A stretch of 64,000 nt of DNA from an uncultured delta proteobacterium (GTDB taxonomy: Bacteria > Desulfobacterota > Desulfobacteria > Desulfobacterales > JAFDCJ01), in NCBI GenBank assembly GCA_963769935.1, contig CAVYNY010000003.1, positions 1 through 64,000 on the forward strand. Direction: 5' to 3'. The translations under genes and the position numbers were made by a program. Within the stretch, counting starts at the first letter, position 1. Each line of letters begins with the position of its first letter. The notes under the pieces are model-generated. The model had not been told where the DNA came from, searched no databases, and saw nothing but the letters and a program-made list of their open reading frames with translations. Shown piece by piece: positions 9,466-20,357 of this stretch.

Positions 9466-10851
9466 TTTTTTCGTAAGTCTGGCCACTGCTTCGATGTGAT
9501 AGGTGTGGGGAAACATGTCCACCGGTTGCACCTCCACCAGGTTATAAAAATCCCGCATCATTCCAATGTCTCTGGCCATTGTCGCCGGATTGCAGGAAAC
9601 ATAGACCAGACGCCCGACGCCCATTTCAGCCACCTGTTTGACGACATCCTTATGCATGCCGGTTCGTGGGGGATCGATGATGATTACATCCGGTGAATGG
9701 TCGATCTGCGACAGGCAATCACGAATGTCCCCCAAGATGAAGCGGCAGTTGGTAACGTTGTTTATCCGGCAGTTATTTTCAGCATCCGCCACCGCACTTT
9801 CAATTATCTCAATGCCGGTTGCGGACTTGCAGCGTCTGGAAAGTATGATCGGAATGGTCCCGGTGCCGCTGTAAAGATCCAGAACCGTTTCAGTACCGGA
9901 AAGTCCGGCAAATTTTTCCACGGTTTTAAAAAGAACTGCGGCACCACGGCTGTTGGTCTGGAAAAATGAATTGGCCGAAATGTCAAATTCAAAACCGGCA
10001 ATCTTATCTGAGATAATATCGGCGCCTGCAAGCTTGCGCTCAATTTCGCCGATTGCAACCCCAGCTTTGCGGGAGGTAATGTTATTGATAACCGATACCA
10101 CCTGCGGATGTTTTTCCATTAAAATTCCCGCCAACGGGCGCACCGTTGCGAGATCTTCCTGGGCGGTGACAATATTGACCATCCATTGATCATGCGCCAC
10201 CGAATGTCTCAGGACCAAAAAGCGCCAGAAGCCCACATGACTGCGCAGTCCATAAACCGGTGCACCGGAAGACCTGATAAACGCTCTGACATCACTCAAT
10301 AATACATTGCCTAAATCAGGCTGCAGCAAACAGGCCCTGGTGTCGATGACCTTGTGAAATGTGCCGGGCACATGCAGCCCAAGGGCAAACGTTTTATCGA
10401 TATCCGGCCGACCCAATTCATCCGGCAAGAGCCAGCGGCTGTCTGCACAGGAAAATTCCATTTTATTGCGGTAGCCGAAAACAATCTCGCAAGGAATGGT
10501 CGGGTGGACCACCGCATCTTTGATAAGCGCGATGTGTTCCAAAGCGTCCTGCACATGCTGTCTTTTGTAAATCAACTGTCGGTCATACTTTAAGAACTGA
10601 CACTTGCATCCCCCGCAAAACCCGCTATACTCACAGGGCGCCAATATCCTGAAGGGCGAGGATTCGATCAGGTCGACCACGCGGGCTTCAGCATAATTTT
10701 TTTTCTTTTTTATAATGCGAATCACGACGCGATCACCGGGAACGGCCTGGTCCACAAAAACGGCCAATCCGTCCACCCGCACCAATCCGCGGCCGCCGAA
10801 AGCAATATCCGTGATTGCAACTTCAATTTGAGAGCCTTTTTTAATACTCAT
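9463..10851 (-). CDS. rlmD: 23S rRNA (uracil-5)-methyltransferase RlmD/RumA
   Basis: TRAM domain, 4Fe-4S cysteines (CEYSGFCGGC), and motifs SFFQTN, DPPR, YVSCNPAT and DMFPHTYHIE. Confidence 0.93.
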   Translation of the reverse strand: MSIKKGSQIEVAITDIAFGGRGLVRVDGLAVFVDQAVPGDRVVIRIIKKKKNYAEARVVDLIESSPFRILAPCEYSGFCGGCKCQFLKYDRQLIYKRQHVQDALEHIALIKDAVVHPTIPCEIVFGYRNKMEFSCADSRWLLPDELGRPDIDKTFALGLHVPGTFHKVIDTRACLLQPDLGNVLLSDVRAFIRSSGAPVYGLRSHVGFWRFLVLRHSVAHDQWMVNIVTAQEDLATVRPLAGILMEKHPQVVSVINNITSRKAGVAIGEIERKLAGADIISDKIAGFEFDISANSFFQTNSRGAAVLFKTVEKFAGLSGTETVLDLYSGTGTIPIILSRRCKSATGIEIIESAVADAENNCRINNVTNCRFILGDIRDCLSQIDHSPDVIIIDPPRTGMHKDVVKQVAEMGVGRLVYVSCNPATMARDIGMMRDFYNLVEVQPVDMFPHTYHIEAVARLTKK

Positions 10852-11251
10852 AACATTACATTGTATCCGGTTTTGATTTTATATAATTCAAGATTACCAT
10901 TTTGGAATAGTTTTAGCCCTGGATCCCGCCGGGGCGGGAAACCCTGAAACTTTCAACCTAAATTATACTAAACCCGGGAAAAAACAAAGGATGAAAATGG
11001 TCATTTCAGAAGATAATTTGGCGGATGATACCGTTGCGCTGTCCCATGCGCTGGAAATTTACCGGCTGGCAGGTGAACTTAAAAAAACTGATTATCCAGC
11101 AAAACGGAGATCATCGAATGCGCAATGTCAAACACCAGCGAAAATTTCTGCGCGGGGCTGCCGATTGGTTTAAATCCGCGCTCCTTGGCCAACTTGCAAT
11201 AGAACCTTGACGTATCCGGCTTTTTGACTCAAATCAATAAATAATGGAGCA

Positions 11252-12109
11252 CTAGTGGGCCTGCCAGTTTCGATCTACAAATGACCGCACCGCTTTTTGA
11301 TAACCCGCTGTTTGACTGGAGTCACTGTGTCCGGCACCTTCGGCAATGTAAAGCTCAGCCTGACCGGACGGAAAACTGTTTTTTAGCCTGATTGCAAAGC
11401 TCAGCGGAAATCTGCGGTCTTTTTCGCCGTGGATCAGCATCACCGGTATCTGAATTGAGCGCGCCAAACGTGCCGGACTGACGGCATCCAATCTGTTGCG
11501 GTAAAACAGATTCATCCAGAATAGAATCATGGGACCGAAAAAGTTGCCGAAGAAAGGATTGAACCATCGGTATAGGCTTAACAACGCCTCTTTAGTATCT
11601 GCATAACAGGCTTCCAGCAGCAGGAGTTTAATTTGGGCCGGATTCCTGCTCGCGGCAATGATGGCACCACCGGCACCGGCGGAATGCCCGTACAAAACAA
11701 CCGGCTTCTTGACCCATTTCAGCACGGATTCTATATCTTCGGCAAACTTTACTGCATTCATAAATCGGCGCGGGCTGGAATGGCCGTGGTCCCTGGCACT
11801 GTGAATCACGGTTGTAAATCCCCAGTCACCAAAATACCTGGCCCGGGCCACCATGCGGTCCCGGTTGCGCCCCCATCCATGGGCAAAAATTACCGTACCC
11901 CGTGACGGTGTGTCGGGTTCTATGCGCCAAACCTCTAAAAAGCGGCCCCGGCCCTCCCCTGTCGGTATTTTCGTATCGATTGTACGGCCCCAGTCAGGCG
12001 GCGCACTGACTGGATTGCGCGGGATCTGCTGAACAAGGTAGCTGAGAAAGAGGGTCAAAAGAAGATAGACCAGCACGATGCCGCCCAGAATATATAAAAT
12101 CATCATCAT
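11252..12109 (-). CDS. Membrane-anchored alpha/beta hydrolase
   Basis: N-terminal TM segment; motifs HGWG, GHSAG, HGEKD and GAGH. Confidence 0.85.
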   Translation of the reverse strand: MMMILYILGGIVLVYLLLTLFLSYLVQQIPRNPVSAPPDWGRTIDTKIPTGEGRGRFLEVWRIEPDTPSRGTVIFAHGWGRNRDRMVARARYFGDWGFTTVIHSARDHGHSSPRRFMNAVKFAEDIESVLKWVKKPVVLYGHSAGAGGAIIAASRNPAQIKLLLLEACYADTKEALLSLYRWFNPFFGNFFGPMILFWMNLFYRNRLDAVSPARLARSIQIPVMLIHGEKDRRFPLSFAIRLKNSFPSGQAELYIAEGAGHSDSSQTAGYQKAVRSFVDRNWQAH

Positions 12110-12870
12110 CCATTCACACCCATCAACTCTTTCCTCAAAATATTCAACGCGGCAGCGGCAAAAATCTGTTTGTTCATTATGCGGTTGTTATGGGTAAATT
12201 TGAACCTGTGTCCAGTAACCGACAATGGTGTGGCCAGCCCGATGCAAACCGTTCCCACCGGCTTGCCTTCCGTTCCACCGTCCGGCCCGGCGATCCCGCT
12301 GGTGGCAAGGCCGTAAGTTGCGTCAACGCTGGCTTGAGCTCCCCGGGCCATTTCGCCGGCAGTCTGCTCGGATACAGCACCGTATCTTCCCAAGGTTTCG
12401 GCCTTGACACCCAGGATTTTCATTTTAGCCTCATTGGCGTATGTCACGGCCGAAAATAAAAAATAATCGGAGCTTCCCGGCACATCAGTCAACAGGTTGG
12501 CGATGAGCCCGCCGGTGCAGCTTTCCGCTACGGCCAGGGTAGCTTTTTTCTCGCGCAGGTGCATTCCCACCACTTGTTCCAGCGACCGGCCGGTATCGGA
12601 AAAGGCATGGTTTCCCAATCTGCCACACACCCACTGAACCGCATCCTCCACTGAGCCTTTCAGATTGTCCAAATGCGGTTTGCCGGCATATAAATTTACC
12701 CGGACTTCCGGGAATTTGGCCCGGAATTCGAGCATAAATTGAGGAAACCGTTGCCGAAATTCGGTTAAATGCGCACAGGTGGCGGATTCGGATAGTCCGA
12801 AGACGGAGATGGTCCTGATCGGCCGAATGCCGGCGTTTCCTTTTCGGTTGTTTTTATTCTCTGCAGTCAT
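12106..12870 (-). CDS. CinA/PncC nicotinamide-nucleotide amidase domain protein
   Basis: Motifs AVAESCTGG, PGSSDYF, SGIAGPDGG and KPVGTVCIG. Confidence 0.88.
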   Translation of the reverse strand: MTAENKNNRKGNAGIRPIRTISVFGLSESATCAHLTEFRQRFPQFMLEFRAKFPEVRVNLYAGKPHLDNLKGSVEDAVQWVCGRLGNHAFSDTGRSLEQVVGMHLREKKATLAVAESCTGGLIANLLTDVPGSSDYFLFSAVTYANEAKMKILGVKAETLGRYGAVSEQTAGEMARGAQASVDATYGLATSGIAGPDGGTEGKPVGTVCIGLATPLSVTGHRFKFTHNNRIMNKQIFAAAALNILRKELMGVNG

Positions 12871-12926
12871 TCTTTAAAAATGAATATATAAGTAGTTATA
12901 ATTACTAAATATTTAGATTACAAAAA

Positions 12927-13784
12927 TTAATCCGGTGGATTCAACACGAACATGGAAGCGGTTACCGGCACGTCGGTATAGTATTTGTGGACATCGAGCT
13001 GAAACTCCGTATCTTCGCCATTGGAAATGCTCAACCTGGCGGGGACCTGATAACCGTTGACCATCTGCATTTCTTCAAACCGGACGCGGTAGATCAATGA
13101 TCCGGTCCTACTATAGTATTCGATCAGACGGACTCGCGACTTGTTTTCATCCAGATAGATTTTTTCAGCGACTCCCCACCACCGTTTTTTTAAGGTCAAA
13201 ACATAGCCCTGCCCCGCATCCTGATGTTGCAATATTACAGTATTGTATTCACGCAAAGGTACCCGACCAGCCAAAAGATCCAGAATATCAACTGGTTGGA
13301 TAGGAATTGAGATGATATGCGATAAACTGGCTTCAGTGGCGGGAATTTTTTTATAGATCGGTTTTCCTTCCCCGGCTTCATAATAATAAAACCATTTGCC
13401 GTCGCTGGCCATCTTGACCGCCGGATATCCGGATATCATTAAAACGATACTCAGTTTGTTCCGCTCATATCCAACCCACGCAACCCGCTCATCAATTGTT
13501 AACCGGCCCTTTTGCCAGACCTTTATTTTCCCGAGGCCCTTAAAGCTATTCAACGAAGCGTTTTGCCGGCTTAAATTTGCAAGGAGGCCCTGTGCTTCAA
13601 CGGCAGCAGCAGCTTCAGGGCCCTCGGCAGATTCGCGGGGTAGGCCTGCGGTTAAGCTGCTGCAGCTTGCGCAATAAATGAGCAGCCCGAGCAGGAGCGG
13701 CAGACGCGGCCAAGCACTCCAGATGACATTCTTCGGCCCTTTGGATAAAACTGCTGGTGGAGGCTTCATTTTGAGGAGAGTCAT
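12927..13784 (-). CDS. LolB/LolA-fold-like outer-membrane lipoprotein (start uncertain)
   Basis: Hydrophobic stretch followed by a lipobox-like ASC; beta-rich. Follows the TPR gene as in many deltaproteobacteria. Confidence 0.6.
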   Translation of the reverse strand: MTLLKMKPPPAVLSKGPKNVIWSAWPRLPLLLGLLIYCASCSSLTAGLPRESAEGPEAAAAVEAQGLLANLSRQNASLNSFKGLGKIKVWQKGRLTIDERVAWVGYERNKLSIVLMISGYPAVKMASDGKWFYYYEAGEGKPIYKKIPATEASLSHIISIPIQPVDILDLLAGRVPLREYNTVILQHQDAGQGYVLTLKKRWWGVAEKIYLDENKSRVRLIEYYSRTGSLIYRVRFEEMQMVNGYQVPARLSISNGEDTEFQLDVHKYYTDVPVTASMFVLNPPD

Positions 13785-13897
13785 TTTTGGGCTAAAATAG
13801 GGAATCGCAAAACCGCAGGCATTGCTGCGGCGATGTCTTCAACCGAAATCAAGTAGGCGCCTCGGGGAATACAAATGACAAACCGGCAACCAAAAAC

Positions 13898-15625
13898 CTA
13901 GCGGGATCCGCTGCGCATCAATTGCTGTATCTTTTCCTCCAGCGGCTCTTTATCCTTCTCTTTGACTTTTAACGATTTTTTATAATATTTTAAAGCGCTT
14001 TCCCGATCATTTAATTTCAAATAAGCATCACCGACGTGCTCCAGCATGATGGGATCATCGGGTACTAGTTCTATTGCTTTTTTCAGATATATGAGGGCCT
14101 TGTCAAATTCTCCCTTTTTATAATATACCCACCCCAGACTGTCGGTAATATAACCGTCATTGGGCTTGTATTTCAATGCTTCTTTGACCAGCCGTTCGGC
14201 TTCATCCAGATTCCGGCCCAAATCTGCGTAGGTATATCCGAGATAATTCAAAGCATTGGCATGCTTGGGATCCAGTGAAATGACCTTGCGCATGGCTTCC
14301 ATCGAAGCTTCTTTTTGATTCCTTTTATCAAGCACAACTCCCAGGCGAAAATAATAGCGAGGATTTCCGGGTTCAATCTCGATGGCCTGTTTAATATACT
14401 TTTCAGCGTTTTCGTAATCGCCGCTGTCCTCATAGAAGGTGCCGATATAATATTTAAAATCAGGGTTGTCCGGTTCTTCTTGAATGGCAGTCTCCAAGAA
14501 TCGGACAGCCGCTTCATTTTTTCCCTGTTCCTGATATATGAACGCCACATGGACCACCGCATCCTGAAAAAATCTGGATTGCGGGGTAACTTTTTTGAAA
14601 TGCGCAACAGCCATTTCATTGTTCTTGACACCGTAATAGGCGATGCCGTCCAGGTGATTCAAATCCGGGCTGTCCGGTAATCCTTTTAGCATGCCGTTGA
14701 TGACAACCAGCGCATCATCATATAATTTCGGATCGATATAAAGCTGGATGACCGTTACGACAACCTCAAATTCTGTTTGGCTCCTTAAACCCAGTTTCAT
14801 CAGGGTTTTTTCAGCCTCTTTTTTCATACCCAGCTGATGATAATAAAGGCCGAGTTCGACGGCTGCCCGGATATCATTGGGATCTTCACGCAGAATATCC
14901 TGATACAGTTGAAGGATTTGCTCTTTTTTCCCCTGGGTTTTATATAAATTGATCAGTTCAAACCTTGGTTCAGGACGATCCGGCACCAATTCAAGCGCTA
15001 TTTTATACTCTTTCTCAGCTGCTTTGATATTTCCCTGCTCGGCGTTAATTCTGCCAAGATAATAGTGCCCCGCATAGGATGCCGGAAAATTTACAACCAG
15101 CCGGTTAAACAAATCTTTGGCGCGTGGCAAGTCGCCGGCTTCCATGTAAAGCCCCCCCAGCAGCGAGTATATCCTTTCCTGTTTAGGATCCAGAGCGAGG
15201 ATTTTCTCATAGGCGGCTATGGCGGCTTGGTTTTCTTTGTGAACCTGTTTGATACCGCCATAAATAATCAATGCTTTTACGTCGTTTGGGTTTTTTTGCA
15301 GCAGTTCTTCCAGAACCGCAATTGCCTTGGCATATTCCTTATTCTGCAAGTATACGGTGGCAAGTTCACGTTGCAGGTAGAGGGATTCCGGGTCAATTTC
15401 AATCGCCTTTTGCAGCAAGACGATGGATTTGTCCAGGTTGCCTTGCTTGCGCTGGATCTCGGCGGCCGTAAAATAGTAATATTGATTCTCCGGTTCGTAA
15501 TAGGCCTGTGGCCTGGCCGGTTCTGTTGCCGGAGCCGAAGTTTGATCGACGGTAGTTGCCGCACAGCCGACCACTATAGAAATTGCGAATACGGTTAGAA
15601 TTCGCTTCAAGTAAAAAATCTTCAT
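13898..15625 (-). CDS. TPR-repeat lipoprotein
   Basis: VVGC lipobox, many TPR repeats, and motifs NALNYLGY and DSLGWVYY. Confidence 0.9.
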   Translation of the reverse strand: MKIFYLKRILTVFAISIVVGCAATTVDQTSAPATEPARPQAYYEPENQYYYFTAAEIQRKQGNLDKSIVLLQKAIEIDPESLYLQRELATVYLQNKEYAKAIAVLEELLQKNPNDVKALIIYGGIKQVHKENQAAIAAYEKILALDPKQERIYSLLGGLYMEAGDLPRAKDLFNRLVVNFPASYAGHYYLGRINAEQGNIKAAEKEYKIALELVPDRPEPRFELINLYKTQGKKEQILQLYQDILREDPNDIRAAVELGLYYHQLGMKKEAEKTLMKLGLRSQTEFEVVVTVIQLYIDPKLYDDALVVINGMLKGLPDSPDLNHLDGIAYYGVKNNEMAVAHFKKVTPQSRFFQDAVVHVAFIYQEQGKNEAAVRFLETAIQEEPDNPDFKYYIGTFYEDSGDYENAEKYIKQAIEIEPGNPRYYFRLGVVLDKRNQKEASMEAMRKVISLDPKHANALNYLGYTYADLGRNLDEAERLVKEALKYKPNDGYITDSLGWVYYKKGEFDKALIYLKKAIELVPDDPIMLEHVGDAYLKLNDRESALKYYKKSLKVKEKDKEPLEEKIQQLMRSGSR

Positions 15626-15686
15626 AGGTTAATTATCCACATTTTTTATTTTCAGATAATGACAGGGATTCGTGCGGAAGTCGCTT

Positions 15687-16670
15687 TTAATCAGGCGTGC
15701 GATCTTCGGTGTAGGAAGCAAAATCAGGTATTTCTTTCTTGAAAAATTCTCTCATTTTCTTAATGATATTTTTTTCAACCTGGCGAACCCGCTCGCGAGA
15801 GATTCCATAACGATCTCCGATTTCCTGCAATGTAACTGGATTATCGGAAAAAATTCGCAGATCAAATATTTCAATCTCACGCGGTGTCATTTTCTTTCTG
15901 AAATCGGCTATTTTATTATGAAGCAGAACTTCAATTTCTTTTTTAGAGACCTGGTCTTCGATGGATTCGGTCGCGGTGCTTAAAAATTCGATGCGTTCGG
16001 TATCTGAATCTTCTTTTAAAGGTGCATCCAGCGAAACATCCCAGCCATCCAGGCGCTGATCCATATCCACAATTTCCCTCTCGGAAACGCCCAGTCTCTC
16101 CGAGAGGAGTTTGGGTTTTGGTTCAAAACCCATGTCAATCAGCTTTTGCTTTTCCTTTTTCAACTTGAAAAACAATTTACGCTGTCCCTGGGTTGTGCCG
16201 ATTTTAACCAGGCGCCAGTTGTCCATGATAAATTTTAGGATATAGGCTTTAATCCAGAATGAGGCGTAATATGAAAATTTCACATTCTTGTAGGGATCAA
16301 ATTTTTTGACGGCTTGCATGAGACCGATATTGCCCTCCTGAATAAGATCCAGCAGGTTTTGCATCCAGACACGTTGAAACTCAAGGGCGATTTTAACAAC
16401 CAGCCTTAAATTGGATGTGACCAGCTGGTAGGCCGCCTCTTTGTCGCCGTACTCTCTGACGCGAACGCCGAGCTCCTTTTCCTGCTCCCGGGTCAGCAGT
16501 TTATAACTGCTGATTTCAGTCAAATAGCGCTGAAGTGGATCAAACTTGACCAGTGCTTTATCGGAGACCTGCCCTGCCGGCTTCACCTTATTTTTTTCAG
16601 GCGCTGCCGTATTTTTTTCAGCCGGCTTCTTTCTTTCGATCTTTTTTTTTGCCATTTTTCTCTTCATCAT
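15687..16670 (-). CDS. rpoH: RNA polymerase sigma-32 family factor
   Basis: Motifs DLIQEGNIGLM, RpoH box KIGTTQGQRKLFF, and region 4 TLQEIG..SRERVRQ. Confidence 0.88.
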   Translation of the reverse strand: MMKRKMAKKKIERKKPAEKNTAAPEKNKVKPAGQVSDKALVKFDPLQRYLTEISSYKLLTREQEKELGVRVREYGDKEAAYQLVTSNLRLVVKIALEFQRVWMQNLLDLIQEGNIGLMQAVKKFDPYKNVKFSYYASFWIKAYILKFIMDNWRLVKIGTTQGQRKLFFKLKKEKQKLIDMGFEPKPKLLSERLGVSEREIVDMDQRLDGWDVSLDAPLKEDSDTERIEFLSTATESIEDQVSKKEIEVLLHNKIADFRKKMTPREIEIFDLRIFSDNPVTLQEIGDRYGISRERVRQVEKNIIKKMREFFKKEIPDFASYTEDRTPD

Positions 16671-16907
16671 TACGATTTAATCTGGCATTAAAATCCTGGC
16701 CCGTCCGCTCTCCGAGCCGGAAGCCGGGCGCTAAGCCCTATGGCTCGGAAGATGGGTCGGAATTCTTTACTTTGGCGGCCGGTTCCGATTATTTGGTTAC
16801 TCACAACGCTTGAATTCAAGATCAAGGGTATAAAATTGGGATCGTATCCATATTTTACAATTAATATGGACACCGAGCTGTTCCTATGATATGCACGGTG
16901 CTCACGT

Positions 16908-16984
<77 letters not shown>

Positions 16985-17247
16985 AAAAGCCATCAGGTAT
17001 CTATAAGCAACTTTTCGTTATTATTAAAATAAGCTGACTGCAATCTTATTCAGATTCAGAGATATCCGCCTTACCTTGGAATTAATTTCTCCAACCTGGA
17101 AATCTCACTATACAACAAATATTAAAAATATCAATGGATATTTCCGCCAGTGAAAAACACCAAAAACTTCAATTGCTGGTTAGAATCGATCGGTTGGTGT
17201 GGTAATGATATAATCATTTAAGGATAGTGTTAAAAGGAAGAGCCTGT

Positions 17248-17448
17248 ATGGATGGTTTAAATCTGTTCACGCTTGTTAAATTCGTTGCAGTTCTGGTGGC
17301 AGCGTTAATCGTCGGCAATTGGTTTTTAGCCGAAGCCGGGAAAGCCAAACTAAAGAAAGAACCGTGGTACAAACCGTATTTATCCGTGCCGGGCTTGATT
17401 ATCCTTGCGGCCCTGAGCCTGCCGCTTATTTTTTTGCTGGCTACTTGA
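17248..17448 (+). CDS. Small two-TM membrane protein
   Basis: Two hydrophobic segments flanking PWYKPY; AAGGAAG RBS. Confidence 0.6.
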   Translation: MDGLNLFTLVKFVAVLVAALIVGNWFLAEAGKAKLKKEPWYKPYLSVPGLIILAALSLPLIFLLAT

Positions 17449-17512
17449 TAGGTTCCGACGATCCGGTCTTCTGAACTCCAAATCCGGCGATGATTCGTTC
17501 GATAGCCGAATA

Positions 17513-17698
17513 TTATTGGAACCGTCTTGGAAACCGGTTTTCAAGGCTGCAGATAACTGCAAACGGAAATTGGATCATAAAATCGATTACGACACCAAAT
17601 ATCATCAGAAAGTAGATGCCCGGCAACTTGGCGGAAAAGAACACCAGCCGGTTAAACCAATGCCTGCTGCTATTATTTTCAGCGATCATTCTGTCCAT
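17513..17698 (-). CDS. Small hypothetical membrane protein
   Basis: 61-aa ORF with one hydrophobic segment. Confidence 0.35.
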   Translation of the reverse strand: MDRMIAENNSSRHWFNRLVFFSAKLPGIYFLMIFGVVIDFMIQFPFAVICSLENRFPRRFQ

Positions 17699-17801
17699 GA
17701 ATTCAACTTTTCATCATTTCTTATAAACGGCAGACAACAAGCGTCGTTAAAAACTACGTAATTTCAATACAATATATCATCTTGCCGACGATCTGAAGTC
17801 C

Positions 17802-18044
17802 TCAGAGCTTTGCCAGGAATTGCCTGGCCTGGTATTCAAACTCGCGGCTTTCAACATCCACCGTGCGGTGCTTATCCTCGTCCGTAACCGAAACAGCCAC
17901 ATACCCGCCGACGCCTTCAAATGAAATGCAGCATAAATTTCGTTGCGTCTCCGTTAGTTCTTGACCGCCTTCACCAAAATATTCTGAAGCGCGTTTTATA
18001 ATGTCTTCAGGGGATAAACGGGTTTGTTTAGCAACTCGAATCAT
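17802..18044 (-). CDS. Hypothetical protein (80 aa)
   Basis: AAGGAA RBS and a plausible alpha/beta composition. Confidence 0.7.
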   Translation of the reverse strand: MIRVAKQTRLSPEDIIKRASEYFGEGGQELTETQRNLCCISFEGVGGYVAVSVTDEDKHRTVDVESREFEYQARQFLAKL

Positions 18045-18183
18045 CAGAAAATTCCTTTATTAAGATGACATTCTGTGAAAAAGGGTTTGATCTGATGATA
18101 ATACCGCTTTGCCCCGATTCAAGGTGAAATCAAAGCCGGGTCCTCTGGGTCCGGATTCTTTATGGGAGGGTGATAAGGCAGGA

Positions 18184-18504
18184 CTACTTGATGATGGTTT
18201 GATAGTATTTAACCCCGATTTTAAACTGCTCGACCCTATCTCGAATCATTTTCCGGCACCACCGTACTTCCGCCAGGTAGCCGTCATAAAACTCCGCGCC
18301 GACGGCATCCGGTGCAAAATTTTCCATCATAATGTATATATCTGATCCGGGCTCAAGCGCATTGCCGGACAAAAAACACATGCCGCCTTTACAATAGTTG
18401 CACATTCGGGCTTGAAAAAACAGATCGGAATCGTGGAAGGCATATATCATAGACGCGTCGAGATCGAAACGTTCATGCTCCCTTTTTTGTTCATAACGCG
18501 TCAT
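18184..18504 (-). CDS. PilZ domain protein
   Basis: RxxxR (REHER) and NxxxGG (NYCKGG) motifs; GAGGAGG RBS before the ATG at 18504. Confidence 0.8.
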   Translation of the reverse strand: MTRYEQKREHERFDLDASMIYAFHDSDLFFQARMCNYCKGGMCFLSGNALEPGSDIYIMMENFAPDAVGAEFYDGYLAEVRWCRKMIRDRVEQFKIGVKYYQTIIK

Positions 18505-19073
18505 AGAGGCCTCCTCATGGTTGAGATTAATTCCTCCGAATTCCCATTTTGCGGTGCTAAAGAGCAATGCGTCGTTTCTTCCTGAAAAACTTTTCCGCTT
18601 CAAATTGCGGCTAAATAACACATGAGCCAATAATGGGCGAGCCTTTCACAGTCGGTTGAAGATGTCGCGTTCAGCTCATCACGTTTGCAACCGTTCGGTT
18701 ATTATCGGCTATCGAAATGGTTATGTCAAACAAAAGGCTATGTCAAACAAAATTAGCTATTTGTTGCCGGATTTAAGGAATAAAATAGACGAAACTTTCT
18801 TTCTCAAGAGATCCCCGTGCAACGATTTTGTCGTAAAACAGCGCGATCCAAAAACCGGAATCGAAATTGTCCGGGGGGTGGAGGCGCACCATGGTTCATG
18901 GGTTTAAGTTTCAATAAATATGGCCGATAAATAGTCTGTCATAGATGGGCAAGCCCTGTTGGATGTTAATCCTCAGCAGGCATCACGGATCGCCATGCAT
19001 TCGTGCAAAGCGGGCCTCAGCCGGATACTATCATGGACAAGGCCAAATAACACCCGGGAAGGAGAAATTTGGT

Positions 19074-20204
19074 ATGGGATCAAATAATGTTTTTTTCTTA
19101 GAAAATCTGGAATGGTTTGACGAAACCGGTCAGGAACTGGTTCATCGTCTGCCGGAAGATGGCTCCGGTGAAATCAAGTACGGCGCCCAGTTGACTATTC
19201 GAGAAAGCCAGGCCGGTGTCTTCTACTATAAGGGAAAAGCCGTCGGCGTATTCGGTCCGGGACGCCATAGCCTAAAAACCGGAAACATTCCCCTGCTGAC
19301 CAAAATAGCGAGTCTGCCATGGGGGATGCAAAGTCCCCTCAGAGCAGAAATGTACTTCATAAACTTAAAGATTTTCACCAACCTGAAGTGGGGAACCCGG
19401 GATCCGGTGGCCTATAAAGATTCAGAATTGGGTCTCATCCGTCTGCGGGCTTTTGGCGTATTTAACCTTCAGGTAGTGCAACCGGTGTTGCTGATCAACC
19501 GGCTCGTGGGAACTCAGGGAATATACACCACCACCGAGATTGAAGAATATCTGAACCGCGTCATCGTGTCCCGATTTAACGACTTCATGGGTGAAACCAT
19601 TGATTCGATAGTAAATTTACCGAGTAAATACGACGAACTCTCAGAAGGTCTTGCCAAGCGTTTGCAGGAAGATTTCAGCCATTTCGGCATCCACCTGACC
19701 CATCTTTATATCAACGCCATCACCCCGCCGCCTGAGGTGCAGCAGGCTATTGACGACCGCAGTCGCATGGGCGTTTTCGACGACATGAATAAGCTTATGC
19801 AGATGAAAGCTGCCATGGCGATGGAAAAGGCCGCCGAAGCCGAAGGCGGAACAGGCACGGGCATGGGCGCCGGCCTGGGCTTGATGATGCCGGCCATGTT
19901 TGCCCAGTATTTTGCCGGTGCATTGCCGCAATCCGGAAAAATGGAGAACACGTCTGAATTCAGCTGCCCGGAATGTCATCATAAAATAGCAGTTGATGCC
20001 AAGTTTTGTCCTCAATGCGGGCATCAGCAAGTGGTCTTCAATCAGTGTGCCAAATGTGCTAAAAATTTAACTCCCAATGCCAGATTTTGCCCCCGCTGCG
20101 GAGCTGCGGTGGAAGTGATGACCCAGACGAAATTATGTCCGACCTGCGGCAATGAGAATCTCGCTGATTCCCGGTATTGTAATGCGTGCGGGGAAAAACT
20201 TTAA
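19074..20204 (+). CDS. SPFH/band-7 domain protein with double zinc ribbon (YdjI-like)
   Basis: Motifs QLTIRESQ and LKWGT..P, with six CxxC pairs at the C-terminus; AAGGAG RBS. Confidence 0.85.
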   Translation: MGSNNVFFLENLEWFDETGQELVHRLPEDGSGEIKYGAQLTIRESQAGVFYYKGKAVGVFGPGRHSLKTGNIPLLTKIASLPWGMQSPLRAEMYFINLKIFTNLKWGTRDPVAYKDSELGLIRLRAFGVFNLQVVQPVLLINRLVGTQGIYTTTEIEEYLNRVIVSRFNDFMGETIDSIVNLPSKYDELSEGLAKRLQEDFSHFGIHLTHLYINAITPPPEVQQAIDDRSRMGVFDDMNKLMQMKAAMAMEKAAEAEGGTGTGMGAGLGLMMPAMFAQYFAGALPQSGKMENTSEFSCPECHHKIAVDAKFCPQCGHQQVVFNQCAKCAKNLTPNARFCPRCGAAVEVMTQTKLCPTCGNENLADSRYCNACGEKL

Positions 20205-20357
20205 ACTATAATTGAATATTGAAGATTGCAGATTGAATAATTAATGAATTCTGTCTATTTTATTATGCTCTTTGTGTAAATTATAAAGACGGTAGTATAC
20301 CGAAAATATTCAATTTTCAATATTCAATAATCATTTTTTTAATCTCCGGAGGTCCCC